Source: Gracilinanus agilis (taxonomy: Eukaryota). From it: a DNA stretch of 64,000 nt. Location of the stretch: NCBI RefSeq assembly GCF_016433145.1, contig NC_058135.1, forward strand, positions 126,332,210 through 126,396,209, read 5' to 3'. Under the pieces are notes generated by a model. That model saw nothing but the letters and a program-made list of their open reading frames with translations. It was not told the DNA's origin and did not search any database. Both the position numbers and the translations under genes were made by a program. Shown one piece after another: positions 1 to 13,299 of the stretch; within the stretch, counting starts at the first letter, position 1; each line of letters starts with the position of its first letter.

Positions 1-553
1 TCCATTTCCTAGTAGCCTTTAAAAATCTAATTCTAATGAAAAGATTATAGTATGGGGAGTTTTGTTTCCTCTGAATTATTAATTTAATGACTTTGGATTA
101 ATTATTTTAATTCAGTCTAGTTTAAATTAGGCATTAATAAAACAGACCTAATAATAAAAGTGGTAGCATGGTATCTATTTTGCCTTAGCTCTATACTAAA
201 TAGCCCTAGTGCTGCCATTCATCTATGACTCAACTCTATTCTCATTCTGCCATCAGTCTATCAATGATATTATGATACATTGATATTATTAAACCAGTAA
301 TAATAATATTTTAACATCTTATATAATTTTCAAAATACTTTTTAAATATAAAATTTAATAGAGTGGCTATGCCTTTCACTTGTACAAATCTCAACCCCTC
401 AACAATGCTTTAGTTTAATGAGTTTCTGTGGCCAAATAACAACCAGCTGGTGGCTAGATGTGATCAGGAACATTTTCACACTTAGAATAACTTTCAGAGA
501 ACCAAACATATAGTGCATAGTTATACTCAAAGCCGGCTTCTTGTTAGGATCTG

Positions 554-608
554 TCAGAGATTCCTCTCGAATGGCATAGCCTTCAAGACTTCAGGGCAGT
601 TCCACACT
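554..608 (-). other. Candidate last coding exon of a putative minus-strand spliced transcript ((R)VWNCPEVLKAMPFERNL*)
   Basis: Acceptor ttcccctttttcag|AGTGTGG on the minus strand. The frame carried in from candidate exon 9385-9460 (phase 2) reads 17 codons to a TGA at 556-554; the other two frames stop sooner. No homologue recognised. Confidence 0.3.
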
Positions 609-827
609 CTGAAAAAGGGGAATAGGACTTTGTAGAGGGTTTTAGTATAAATTAACGCAAATGACACTGCAGGGATAGCAAACTGTCGTCATATTGTACA
701 TGATAGAAATCATGCTAGTTTAAGTGCTAAATCTGGTATAAAACTAGCTATCTTCTGAGGCATGAGTAAAAATTAGAAGGATCTCATAGAAGATCTCATT
801 GAAAATGCTTAAAGATTTGTAAAATGT

Positions 828-1027
828 GGGGGCAGCTGGGTAGCTCAGTGGATTGAGAGCCAGGCCTAGAGATGGGAGGTCCTAGGTTCTAATCCGGCCT
901 CAGACACTTCCCAGCTGTGTGACCCTGGGCAAGTCACTTGACCCCCATTGCCTACCCTTACCACTCTTCCACCTATAAGTCAATACACAGAAGTTAAGGG
1001 TTAAAAAAAAACAAACAAACAAAAAAA
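828..1027 (+). mobile_element. Young opossum SINE (SINE1_Mdo-like)
   Basis: tRNA-like head ggggcagctgggtagctcagtggattgagagc, core gtgtgaccctgggcaagtcacttgacccc, A-rich tail. Flanked by the direct repeat aaagatttgtaaaatg (811-826 and 1028-1043). Confidence 0.92.
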
Positions 1028-1959
1028 AAAGATTTGTAAAATGAGATATAAGATTTTAAAAAGAGGTTAAAAATATTTAGACCAAGAAAAAGAAGACTGC
1101 AATTTTCCACTGCCAAAGGCGACAAAATGGGAAATGGACTTTTAATGCAATAATAAAGAAAGAATGCCCCACTTTTCTAAAAGAGACATTTCTACTGATC
1201 TCAAAAAAGAATCTATGAGCAAGACAGTAAGTAAAAGCAAAAAACAAAAGACCCTAAAGTCCATTTACTTTGTTCCATGAGGGAAACAGAGCCATCCTTA
1301 CAGCCTCATCCAAATAGCTATGAAAAAAAATGGTATGATATTAATGACAGGGAACATTGACATTACTGAGGCAATGAGGTAGCATGGAAGAGTGATTTTA
1401 AGAATGGCCGAGTGCTGGACATATATTGTCTCATTCGATCCAATGATTCTGTGAGGTAGGTGCTATTATCCCATTTCACAAATGAAGAAGGTGAAGTTGA
1501 GAGAAGCTTGGTGACTTGTCCAGAGTTACTCAGATCATCCTAACTTCCAAGCTGAGCACCACAGAATTGGGCAACTCACTCTCTCAGTTTCTGCTTCCTC
1601 ATCTCCAAAATGAGCCTAATGATGTTTGTAGTACCCAAAGGCAACAAAATGGGAAATGTAATTGTTTATTTAAAGCAAATATAGGAATCATTTAACTACT
1701 ATCATTATAATAACTTGTTAAATCCTATTATTATATTAATAATTATAATTTCATTGATAACTGATAGAATGAAAATAGATTTGAAATTGTAGGTACAATT
1801 GGAACAATCTGAGCTAAAGAACATTACATTGAACCTGAGAATATCACTATTGTTGCACAATATTAAATCAAAATCACAGAACAATAGAATATTGGGGCTG
1901 GAGGTGAGCTTAGAGGATCAGATAAAATAGGAAACTGAATCACAGAGAGCAAAAATTTA

Positions 1960-2200
1960 GGAGGTGGCTCTGTGATATAGTAGATAATTGTGGACTTAAA
2001 AGTCAGGAAGTCTGACTTTTAATTTTTCAAATTTGGCTTCAGACCCTTATTAACTATGTGTGACCCTGGACAAGTCACTTCACCTCTGCCTCAGTTTCCC
2101 CATCTGTAAAGTGGAGCTAATAGCACCTACCTCCCAGGGTTGCTATAGGAATAGAATGAGATAATATTTGTAAAGCACTTTGTCAACTTCAAATCACTAT
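1960..2200 (+). mobile_element. MIR/CORE-SINE, old copy
   Basis: Core motif gtgtgaccctggacaagtcacttcacctctgcctcagtttccccatctgtaaagtgg, followed by a MIR-type tail. Confidence 0.8.
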
Positions 2201-2212
2201 ATAAGCGCCATT

Positions 2213-2600
2213 GCTGTTGTTCAGTCCTTCAGTCATGTCCAATTCTTAGCAGTGACCTCATGGGCCATATCACACCAGACCCTTCTGTCCTCTACTATGC
2301 CTTTGTTTTTGCTCAGATGCATTGGTTTTTCTGGACTATTTGTAGTTTTACTCTGTTGGTCACATTCTGACCTGAAGGGTTCATCAGCCAGTATATCTTT
2401 TAGCGTTTTAATGCTGTCTGTGGGGTTTTTCTGGCAAATATACTGGAGTGGTCTGCCATTTCCTTCTTCAGGGGATCACTTTTTGTCAGAACTCTCCATT
2501 ATGGCCTGTCCCTCTTGGGGAACACCAAACATGGCTTCATAGTTTTATTGACCTACACAAGCCCCTTTGCCATGACAAGGCAGAAGTGATCCATGCTAAC
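2213..2600 (-). mobile_element. BovB/RTE-derived fragment (Bov-A-like / RTE-SINE)
   Basis: Antisense RTE 3' end (ttgttcagtc...cagtcatgtccaattc) plus a BovA-like segment (ctttttgtcagaactctcc...gccatgacaaggcag). Accounts for the 2180-2542 ORF. Confidence 0.65.
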
Positions 2601-2904
2601 TTATCTAATTATTTTTAACTTGTTGTTTTCATTGATAACCCTGAGAAGCCAGAAGAAAAGTTAAATTGAATTTGGTACACTCTTCTTAAGAAAGTGAAGT
2701 ACTATAACAAGCTTTCACAAGATTTTCCTCCGCAATAAGAAGTTTGCAAATTAAGATGGTAATATCAGTTATGCAGAAAATTCCTCTATTTGTAATATTC
2801 CATTCCCAAAGTCTTTAGAGAAACAAGGCATCAATATAAATCAAGATTGGTATAGGCTACTAAGGTCAATTGTGAAATTTCACATCCTTTGAAGATCATT
2901 AAGA

Positions 2905-3100
2905 ATAGTGGCAACTAGGTATCGGGGTCTAGAATCAGGAAGACCCAAGTTCAAATCTCACTTCAGACACTAGCTGTAGGACCCTAAGCAAATCATTTGC
3001 CCTTGTTTGCCTCAGTTTCTTCTACTCTTGAATCTTTGCCAAGAAACCCCAAAATAGAGTCACAAAGAGTCAGACACAAGTGAAATGACTGAACAACAAG
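2905..3100 (+). mobile_element. MAR1-type SINE (CORE plus RTE tail)
   Basis: CORE head, then ctttgccaagaaaccccaaa...gtcacaaagagtcagacac...atgactgaacaacaa. A similar copy lies at ~15035-15290. Confidence 0.75.
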
Positions 3101-4569
3101 AAGAATGGGAGAAAGCATCACCAATCATGAATCATTAAAGTTTGGTGATAGTCCATTCATTAAATTAAGTAGATGCCATGATAATTTGCAATAATTAGGG
3201 TCTACACAACACCTCTGGCATAGCCTAGATAAGCACTTCATTTTTCTTTGAGTTCTAGAGTCTGTCTTCCCCTTATGACTTTGTGAGGATAAATGAGATA
3301 ATATTTGTAAAATACTTCAAGGTAATTAAATTGTTAAAGTAAAAAGGAGGTCCCAGTGCAGCCATAGCATGGACATGGCAGAGTGTCCAGTGTGGAGTCT
3401 AAATGAAAGCGAGATTCCCTATGGATGGTGGTGTCACAGGATTATCTGCTGGGAGCTGAGAGGACTAATGGAGGTCCTCAAGGCCAATCCCCTTATCTGA
3501 TAGATGAGGAACCTCTGTGAGCTGGCATCACTTGCCTAGCGTTACAGAGCAGGGATGGAATTTGAGCCTGAGGTCACTGCCTTCTGATGATCCTGGTTTG
3601 GGGACATTGTGTTGAATGAATCACTGCAAAGCTCCAAAGAGATATCTATAAATCACACAAAGATGTTCTATCAACAGAGGAAAATCCAAATGTTCCCAAA
3701 AAATACCTGAGGGGAAGTGAGATGGCTCAGTGGATTGAGAGCCAGAGCTAGAGTTAGAAGTCCTAGTTTCAGATCTGGTCTCAGATACTTCCTAGCTCTG
3801 GGACCCTGGACAAGTCACTCAACCCCTATTGCCTACACTTTACTGCTCTTCTGCTCTGGAACCAACCCACAGTATTAATTCTAAGACAGAAGGTAATAAT
3901 ATCTATTATACAAATTAGATGAACAACCTTTAGAACTGGATCATCAGGAAATATATCTAAGACATAAATTATGAATGGATAACCACCTCAGTCCAGAATT
4001 GAGCAGGAAGAGGTAATGAGATGGATTTGGTAAATTAAACCTTTGGGAAGTTATAATTTTGTTATTGTTTTGTTCATTTGTGTGTGGTTCTTTGTGACAC
4101 CATTTGGGGTGTTCTTGGCAAATATTTGAGATTTCAATGAATTCAAGAGGTTCCCTGAAACAAAAGACCACAGCATGTAACATTAGCATGCTGCAGGCAA
4201 TGCAACATAACATGGCTGCGAACCATGGAGTACTACCATGTCCAAAGAATAAAAGTTGCAGCTCATCTAGACCACAACACAAAAGTATATGGGAAGTTTA
4301 CACAGGCTACAATATAAGACCATTGAAGAACTGAGGCAGGTGGGTGGTGCATTGGATAGAGTGTCAGAGTTGGAGTCAGGAAGACCCAAATTCAAATCTG
4401 GCCACAGACACTTTGTAATAAATCAGTTTCACAGAACCTGAGTTTTTTAATCTATAAATTGGGGACAATAATAGCACCTAACCCCTCTCGAGTCATTCTG
4501 ATGATCAAATGAAATCACATATAAGGTGCTTTGAAAGCCTTCAAGTACTAGATAAATCCTAGTTATTAT

Positions 4570-4800
4570 TGACAATAATAATTGGGCAAGAGATGTTGGA
4601 TAAATCTTGTTGGAGAGGATATATGACCATAATAGAAAATAATAGGTTGTCCACATGCTCCAGTAACATGAAGGCAACATAAAGAGAATGGCTCCCAGCA
4701 TGTTAAATGGACCTCTCCCCTTATGGATGATGTATGCAAAGGCATGGACAAGAGTCACACAAGATGAAGTGTGGTTGAGTTGAGACCTGTTCAGATTGAA
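4570..4800 (+). mobile_element. RTE-clade LINE 3' fragment
   Basis: tggacaagagtcacacaagatgaagtgtggttgagttg resembles the degenerate marsupial RTE ORF C-terminus (WTRV.QD...W). Confidence 0.5.
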
Positions 4801-5294
4801 TTCATCATATTATTTTAGAAATTTAGTAGTGTCTCATCAGTTCTCAAAAACCTTTCCTCAGTGAATGCTACCTAAAGAGTTCTCTATTAATGTAACACAA
4901 ATTACTGAATTCCTTTAAAATGGACACTTTTGGTAAAGTACAACCATGTGCTTCAATGTTAGAATTAAGGTCAATATCGATTCCTGCGTGATTGTCTATC
5001 AGAATTCAGGAAAAGGCGAAATTTCTTTTGCTAAGTTTATTTGTGCATATTTGTGATTAGGGTTTTTTTTGGGGGGGGTTGTTGTTACTTATTTATAGGG
5101 AAGACAAATTATAGATGTATTTTAAAAATAATTTTTGAATTTAAGAAAAAAATTATTAAAATGTTAAAAACAAATTTGGAATCTTTACAGAGTAATATGC
5201 ATGCTTCTTTATTAACATGTTAATTAGTAAGATGATACACAAAATATAAGTAAACTGAAGATAAATTTTATTTTTAAAAATATATCAGAGTAAA

Positions 5295-6851
5295 GGCAAT
5301 ATATTATCACTTAGCTAAAATAAGAACATTAAATTGTGGAGTGTTCTTTGACAAGACAAAATAAAATGTCATGTTGGACATTCAATTGATTTCCTATTTC
5401 TGTTTTGATTACAAGTGAAAATCCCTGTACACAGATATGTTGTTACAAATGGAATTATGGCTTCCATAGTTTCCACAGCTCACAGTACAAGAGGAGCAGA
5501 GGCAAAGAAACCAGAATTCTCTGAAGGCTTTTGAGCTTAAACTCCAATTGTAGTAATATTTTTGTCCAAAGATCAAGGTGTTCATCTCTGACTAGAGCCA
5601 TACCTTTGATATAGTTTATGTCAGAAAGAAAAGAAATGAAAATCTATGTCTCATCTTGAATGTCATCAAGATAAGAATAACTTCTAAAAGAAGTCTGAAG
5701 TATTTCCAGGTGTTCATAGACATCTCTTCATTTCAAATATCTTGACAGAGAATTTTGTACCTCAGCTTCATCTTGGCAAAACACTTCCTTGAATGTTTGC
5801 TACTCTCTTCTTCCATATCAGCAGCTTTTCCAAGAAAGCTTGTGAATTTGTAATATCATCTACTCTGAAGATTTCAGAATCTTGGATTGAAAGATTTATT
5901 TTATTCATATTTTCTCTCATTAACAGAAACGTCTGCCTTTAGTTAATTAAACAGGAACTTTGACTTGTCTTTCTGAAAGTCAATGAAATTTATTTGTTTA
6001 GTATAGAAGTGATACATTTTTGTTCCCACTTCCTAACTAAATCTTAAAATTTGATTTTTTTAAAATATCTGCTTCTGATAAAGTTGTGGAGTTTTATGAC
6101 TGTCGATAAAACCTTTTTTGGTATTGTTGGAAGAGTATTGTTTTCAGGGCATGTCTTTTGTAAAAAGCAGAGTGACAGTGACATGAGGAACTTCCTCTTT
6201 CACTAAAGTAGCAAAATCAGATATATCACTAAGCGTCTCACAAGCTCTGTCTGTGCAGAGTACAAATCTTTTCTTTCCAAGCAAGTATTATAACAAAAAA
6301 CCCTTAACATTTCCAAATGAAATAAATTTACAAAAGAATTTGACAAAAATTGTAATTTTAGAAGGGACTCACAAAGTAAGAATTTTCCTTTGGTGGCTTT
6401 AGCATGCCTATTATAAATAAAAACATTTGTCTAAATTGAGATGTCTATAGCTTCATCTAGTTGTATATTGAAGGGGGGAATATCTGGGCTGCTTCAAAAT
6501 ATACATACATACCTACACATCTATGTATCTATATATGTATCTATACATACACACATCTACTTGACAATGAAACCTCTTTCATTTTTCCCATGTTTTAACT
6601 TAACAATCAACTTGATCATTTCTAATACTGTGGGACTTCTTTTGTTTAGAAATCCAGTAAGTAACTTTGTGGGAGACTTTGAAGAAAATGTTTTTGTGAA
6701 ATAAAAAAAATCCAAATTTTAGAAGTGTTTCAACTCTTTCAAGTTGACATTTCTTTGCAAAAAAAATAATTTACAGTTTTATATTCTTTTTAGGTTGGAC
6801 AGATTGCACAAAATTCAGATAGTCTTCATTATGCTTTCTTTCCTTTGACAT
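5295..6851 (-). mobile_element. Fossil hAT-Charlie transposase (ZBED5/FAM200/Charlie1-like), many stops and frameshifts
   Basis: Minus-strand motifs occur in the correct order: MSKERKHNEDYLNF (ATG 6851); KVTYWISKQKKSHSI; degenerate CTD...FATLVKEEVPHVTVT.CF...TLPTIPKKVLSTVIKLHNFIRSR; MNKINLSIQD.EIFRVDD..QAFLEKLLIWKKRV; and the hATC dimerisation region MEAIIPFVTTYLC...RNQLNVQHDI. Confidence 0.88.
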
Positions 6852-8740
6852 TTCAACTTAAATTGAGTCTATAAAAATATAAAACAATTTGATTCATTGA
6901 TATTTTAAATGATTTTAATAAATCTGCATGGAAATAATGCATTTAATGTTAAGTAAAGTATAATGCTGTTAAAGAAATTTCTATGACAAGTAAAATTAAG
7001 GCAGGTTTTACAATTAATCCAGTTTTAATACATTGCATGAATTTTAGCTCTCCTGCAGACATGTAGTACAGCAGGAGCTCAGAAATTGTGTTCTTCCTAG
7101 AATTCAGGAAGCTGCATGTGGAGTTAAATAGCTTTCTGTGACTTTCTAGAAAGAATGGGTCTCATTTCTAATGTTCAGTTTTCACTGAGGTTATTTTTAA
7201 AATTCGTCTTTTCATGGATACCATTTCTATAACATACCTTATGAACATGCCTTCCTTTCATAATATAGACCATGTACAAAAAGGAAGGATGAAGAGAAAA
7301 ATGAATAAGAAGTCTACTCACAGAATTTGCATATGCTATGCACATATATACAGCACATCAATAAGTTACTTTAAATAATACACTTAAATAACTGACAGTT
7401 ATCTCAACTGTCAGATTTGTGTATAACCTGTCTATCTCCCTAAAATGTTAGAAAAGGCCAGACTGGTCCAAATTACAGAGAGTTAAAAATTCTTAAGCAA
7501 TGAAAAAAGTTTATCTCTTTCTTCAATGAATTCAATAATAGATGTTTGACTCATCAATGCAAGAAGATACAACTTCCCCATTTGGTATCTTATTCATCAG
7601 CTAGTAGGCTCAGTTGCCCAATAGTTGGTCAGCTATTCACATGAGTGTCCATAAATAGAAAAACTGCTATCTAATGGCACATTTAATAACTATACTGATT
7701 TTGAAGTAGTAATATACTTAGTAAATATTTTCAGATATCTGTAACTGAATGTGATATGAAAATTCTGTCATTTCTACTTCTGGCAGTCACAGGCACTAAT
7801 GACTTCTTTGTAATTTATGGTCTTAGAGAGTTCACTGGGACTCCAAGAGGTTAACTCCCATTCTTGTCTATGGTCCTATAACTAGTATGTGTCTGAGGCA
7901 GGATTTGAACCCAGGTCTTGACTCCAAGGTACTCAACCTCGTTACCTCTCAGCCATTGGTCTTATATAATTCAACATCATCATCATCATCGCATCCTAGT
8001 AAAAGTTATTTGTAATTTATCCTTGTCCCTTTAAATATTTTGGAATTGGATATAGTGTTTGTTGTAATAGTGCTAAAATCTCGGTTTCAGGAAACTGAAC
8101 AGAAAGGAATCTTTCACTCAGAAAGATTCCTAAATCAGTGTACTTATGATGATTCCCAAATTGGCATATGATTAAAAGTTAGTAAAGTGTTGAAACTTTT
8201 TAGTTGCATATTTCTTAATGAAAAGAACCAAATGGAGCAACTGGATTCTCCCATCTATCCTTTTGTTTTTATATGACTTTAGAAAGTATATTTTCCTTTA
8301 TTTTGGTAGCCAAAGACATTGATGGGTGCATTTTTGTAAACACTTAGCTTTTGCAAATATAGTCAAACTTCCCATGGCCTGCTCTTCCCCTTACCGTCTC
8401 GGGTGAGAATCTTCCCTTCATTTTTTATGACAAAAATGAGGTTATTCACCATAAATTCCATCTTCTCCCTTCCTTCCTTATCTCTTGTCACTCAGGTACC
8501 TTCTGTCACTAGCTTTTCCTTGTATCACATGATGACGTCACCTATTCCTTACCAAAGCTACTTCCTCTCTTTGTTCAAGTCATCCCATTCCATCCCGTCT
8601 TCTCCAGCAGATTGCCTCTTCTGTCATCTTCACTCATCTCCACTCTTTCACTTATTTTCAATTTCTCCCTGTTGACTGGCTCCTCCTTTATTTCCCACAA
8701 ACATGCCCATGTCTCCCTCCCTTGAACCTTCCATCTATAC

Positions 8741-8944
8741 CAGTGATGGGCAAACTACAGCCCGCGGGCCAGATGCGGCCCCTTGAAATGTTCTATCAGG
8801 CCAGGCGACATTATTCCTAATCTGATTAATACAATGAGTAGGATACAATACAATGAAACTTCAAAAGAGTTGCCTTAGAAACAGACTGACAGATGAGCAT
8901 TTCCTTTCCTTTGGCCCCCTCTTTAGAAAGTTTGCCCATCACTG
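8741..8944. mobile_element. hAT MITE, 204 bp (OposCharlie-like non-autonomous element)
   Basis: Perfect 16-bp TIRs CAGTGATGGGCAAACT / AGTTTGCCCATCACTG. 8-bp TSD atctatac / atctacac. Confidence 0.93.
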
Positions 8945-9071
8945 ATCTACACTATTGTCCTATATCTCTTCAGCCTTTTGTGGCTAAGCTTCCTGAAAAG
9001 ACTGCCTATAGGAAATGTCTCCACTTTCTATTCTGTTTCTTGTGGAGTGATGTGTGTGTCTTCTCCAAACA

Positions 9072-9108
9072 CATACATACACACACACACACACACACAT
9101 ACACACAC
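9072..9108. repeat. (CA)n microsatellite
   Basis: Direct inspection. Confidence 0.9.
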
Positions 9109-9384
9109 ACTTTCATAAAGAGCAGGAACAATTAAATCTATTCCTCTTTGATCCACCATCTTCTCAACCCTACAAAAATGATAGTGATTGTGCTATTATC
9201 ACTCATTAATTTTAAACTGACATTCTGGTTAGCCTAGATCCTGAAGTATCCTAGGATACCCATCATTAGGACCAGTAAATTTGACTCTGTCTAGTTTACT
9301 TAAATAACCTTCCATAACATCATCTACTATTCCAATTTAATTTCCTATACTTTTTTAAATGTTGCCTGACTCCTTGTATCTTAC

Positions 9385-9460
9385 CTTGTAAACTTCCAAT
9401 CACAGGTCACACTAGACCAAAAAAGTTCCCAATTCAAAAATTCTAAAGCTTTCCTCTGCA
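9385..9460 (-). other. Candidate internal exon, 76 nt (xQRKALEFLNWELFWSSVTCDWKFT(R))
   Basis: Strong acceptor tttatctgttttctctacag| and strong donor AAG|gtaaga. Only one frame is open, and it is phase-compatible with exon 554-608. Confidence 0.45.
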
Positions 9461-11282
9461 CTGTAGAGAAAACAGATAAAATGTTGGGGGGGGACTGCTT
9501 ATTCTATTTGATTTACATCAATCAACATTGATTAAGTGCTTACTGCATGTAAGGTATCACATGAAGCAATGCAAAGACAAAGATGTCTCCTAAACTCATT
9601 CATATTTACAAGTAAATAGGAAGAACATATAAAGTAATGCTAAGTAATTTCAAAATGAAGGAAGTTCTGTAAACTAAGAGGGTGAAGAGGATGGTAGCTA
9701 ACAAAATGTCGATTAATCCCCCTCCTCCCCTGCCTTTCAATTCTAGAAGGAGAATAATAGCTGGCATTTGCACATATATAATCTCATTTGATCCTCACAG
9801 TCTCCATTCTACAGATGAGAAAACTAAGTCTAAGAGTACCCAAAGCTACACAAATAATAAATAATAGAAGCAGGATGTGAACCAAGGTCTCTACTGACCT
9901 TGATTTTAGCTCCATGGATCACTTTCCATTGCACAATCCTCCTAAGTGTTAAGGCTTCAAAATTTTGACTGGAAGGGGGGGGCTAGGTTAACCTATCAGA
10001 AAGATGGGGTTATGATTGTACTTACTGTAGAGAGGCAGTATATTGTAGAAAAAAGAGCCCTGGACCTTGTCTAGATGGGTGTGGAACTCCTAGACTTCCT
10101 ACTACTATGGCCAGAGGTCAAGTCACCTACTAAGCCTCAGTTTCCTCACCTGTAAAGGAAAAAATGATAATACTTAGATTCCTAGTGTCACATGGTGAAT
10201 ATGAAGAAAGTGCTCTATAAATGTGGAAGTTTAAATAAGCTCAGAAGTGGATCATTGTACCCAAATTACTCATTTTCCAGTATTTCATCTGGCTGAATAA
10301 ACATTAAGCTAATCTATCACTAAGCAGACTGTCACTGATATTTTACATGAAAAATAAATTAAGCAGAAAGCAGATAATTGTGTGATTTACTTATCTTTTA
10401 TTTCTTAGTTTTGGAACAGGGAAACCGATGCATCAATACAGGTGCTTTGTTTTGATTTAAAGCTAATAATCTGTGCTTGATAGGTGCTGGCTATCCTAGG
10501 CACCCACTTCAGAATAAAATAAAATTGCACTAACCAACTAACTTCTCTAGAATGTTTTCAGATGCAAAAATCCATAGCACTGTCAATGGCATTGGGTTGT
10601 GATAAGTTCAAAACTATGGAAAAGATTATTTGACTGGAAAACTTCCCTGTAATATTCATTTTCTTGCTACAATGATCTAGTTATGGGGAGGTTTTTTAAC
10701 TTTTTGCTCTGAAAGCAGTGAAAAAGCCAGTACACTTCAATTCAACATAGAAATTTATAACTTCAGCCTTACTTTGACTAGCTGCCAGTTTCTGCTTCCA
10801 TTAGGAGATTTGAGAAAGATGTAAGGGAAGTAAAATGAGCAATTGGCAGTTTTCAGTGCCAAAGCCTGTGGCACTGACTCTAGAAATATCCTGAGTCATC
10901 CTGGCAGCATTTTCTCTAATCTGTTCTAAGACTCTGGAAATGAACTGCCTTTGATGGAAAACAAACAAGACAAAAAGAATTCTGTCATCTGATTCCTTTG
11001 TGGAAAAAAAATCCAATCTAATAGATGGATCTTGGAATTAACGAACTGAATGAAGTTTTATGAAATTCTCCTAAAGCTCTCTGCATTATCTAAATGAAAC
11101 CTATATTTGTTTTTAAGTTTCCACTAAAATTTAGTAAATCCCTCATTGAACTTTCAAGTTTATTGACGATTTTATGCATCTGTGCCTTCCCTGAGCATTC
11201 AATACTTTAAGAAAAATAAAATGTTAGAGAACTACAAATGTTTCACTTCTTCACTGTGAAGGACTGACATTGAAAGATTACT

Positions 11283-11416
11283 GTCTGGATACGGTGGACC
11301 ATGCCTGTAATACCAGTTACTTGGGGAGGCCGAGGCCAGGGATTTCTTTGAGTTTAGGAATCAAGGAAAGCCAATAAGGTACCCACCTCAAATCTGGCAC
11401 CAACATAGTTGACCTG
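11283..11416 (+). mobile_element. 7SL RNA-derived element (P7SL_MD-like), degenerate
   Basis: gtctggatacggtggaccatgcctgtaataccagttacttggggaggccgagg matches the 7SL 5' Alu domain. gccaataaggtacccacctcaaatctggcaccaacatagttgacc matches the 7SL S-domain start (GCCGATCGGGTGTCCGCACTAAGTTCGGCATCAATATGGTGACC). Confidence 0.8.
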
Positions 11417-13299
11417 GTAGATAAACTCTGATATTAACATTTTTCCATCGCTTGAAATTAAACTGCAGAATATTTTTTTTCTTATTGTTTGTGGATATTG
11501 TAAAAAAACTGCCAAATTTGAAGTCAACAATATGTGAGCTTGAATTTTCTACTACTCTTATGCTACAGATAATAATAGCTGGCATTTGTAATACATTATT
11601 TCATTTAAGCAATTAGCATCTCTGATCTTCAGTTTTCCGTTATTGGTGAAATGACGGAGTGGGCAAGAGATCAAGTTCCTTTCCCACTCCAAATGTCTTA
11701 TCCCAGAATATATAAACTCCTTGAGGGCAGGGTATAGATGTCTATGTCTTGGTATCTCCAGAGCATAATCCAATTTCTGACACATAGTGAAAGCATGATG
11801 CATGCTGAACTGTTAGATCTGAAAACACAAAAGAAACAGATTGAGGAGCCAACGTATTACCAAACACTTATATTGTACATATTACACAGTACCTATGATT
11901 AAATTGTGGAAAGCAAGAAGCAAAATCCCAGAAAGGTGTTAGCATCCATCTTCAGTTCATGTGGGACCGGTAATTCCAGTTCCCAAAGAGAAAAACAGAA
12001 AGGGGATTTGTCATGATTAAGACTTTGCCACTCTAGAAATGTTATAAGTGCGAAACATTTTAGAAATGTACAAGCATTTAATATGAAATGCAAATATGGC
12101 AGCAGAGGGACTTGGAGGGTTCTAACACTATTTTCCCCTTGAAAATATTAACTAATAAAAGTTGAGGGGGAAAATAGGTGTTTCTATGGATAATAAGTTC
12201 TACTTAAGTAGAATCTTAGATCATCTTGCTAGCATCATGCCAGGAACTTCAGATTTGTTAAATTCTTTTCAAAAAATGATGCCAAATTCTGCTGTGAATG
12301 AGAGAAGTTCATTTGGAACATTTGCCAAATCAATAGAGAAGTTTCATTTTCCATTTTAATAATGTATTAATTTGTTTCCCACTATTATGTGAGACTACAT
12401 ATTGGGACACATGTATTATTATGTTTATCAATGTACTGCACATATATTGATATACATAGCAAATCCCCTTCTGAATCACTGGGAAAATGAGGGAGTGGTG
12501 CTAGATAATCATTTAGATCTTTTCCAAATCTAAATCTATAATCTCATCATACAATCCACTTGCAAATGCCAGCCCAGTTGTGGATAGTCATACAAAAAAA
12601 ATGCCAATTAGTCCTGATCAACTAAGGAAACCAATAAAGACCTTTGAAAACATCAACCTATCCATTAGGGGAACAACAGTGGAGCCCTCTTCACTCAAGA
12701 ACAAAAATCAAATAGATACTCTTTTTCTAGTCCTTGTAAGACACTGGGGTTTGAAGAGATCGGATTTCATGAATCATTTGTCTTTGAGCAAGGGAGTGAT
12801 TAGCCCACTTATCTAAAGATACAGCAAACAAAGCTTAATCATTTTTGATGATGCTAAATGTTTCTCTGTGTTTGGGCAGTATCAGATGGGACAGTTTGTA
12901 TCCAAATGGGCCATAGTGAAATCAAACACAGATGACACATTCACTTGAACATGAAATTTTTCAAAGTACTTGCACATTTATTTTTTAAGATCCTCAGAAG
13001 GGTTATAGCTAGAATTGTGTTCAGTCTGCCATTTTTCATATTTTCCAGCAATCTGCAAAAGTTCTTGATATGCCCTACTCTTGAGGGGGAGTTCCCCATG
13101 TAAAAAGGGTTAAGTGTGAATTCTAAAGTCTCTCTGGCTAGCCAAAAGTCATTGAGGGCAAGATTTCATTGTTTCATATCCTAAAATCTTTTCCACACAG
13201 GGCCAAAGATATCACACTGGAGTACTTTGTTATAATATAGTCTCACTTTGAACATAACCAGGTGATATCACCTTCCAAGAAACACATTATAGCTTAATT

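Noticed and set aside
528-608. In-frame TGA reading SVELP*SLEGYAIREESLTDPNKKPAL as a possible selenoprotein exon
   Set aside because: The context matches no known Sec motif and I identified no SECIS element.
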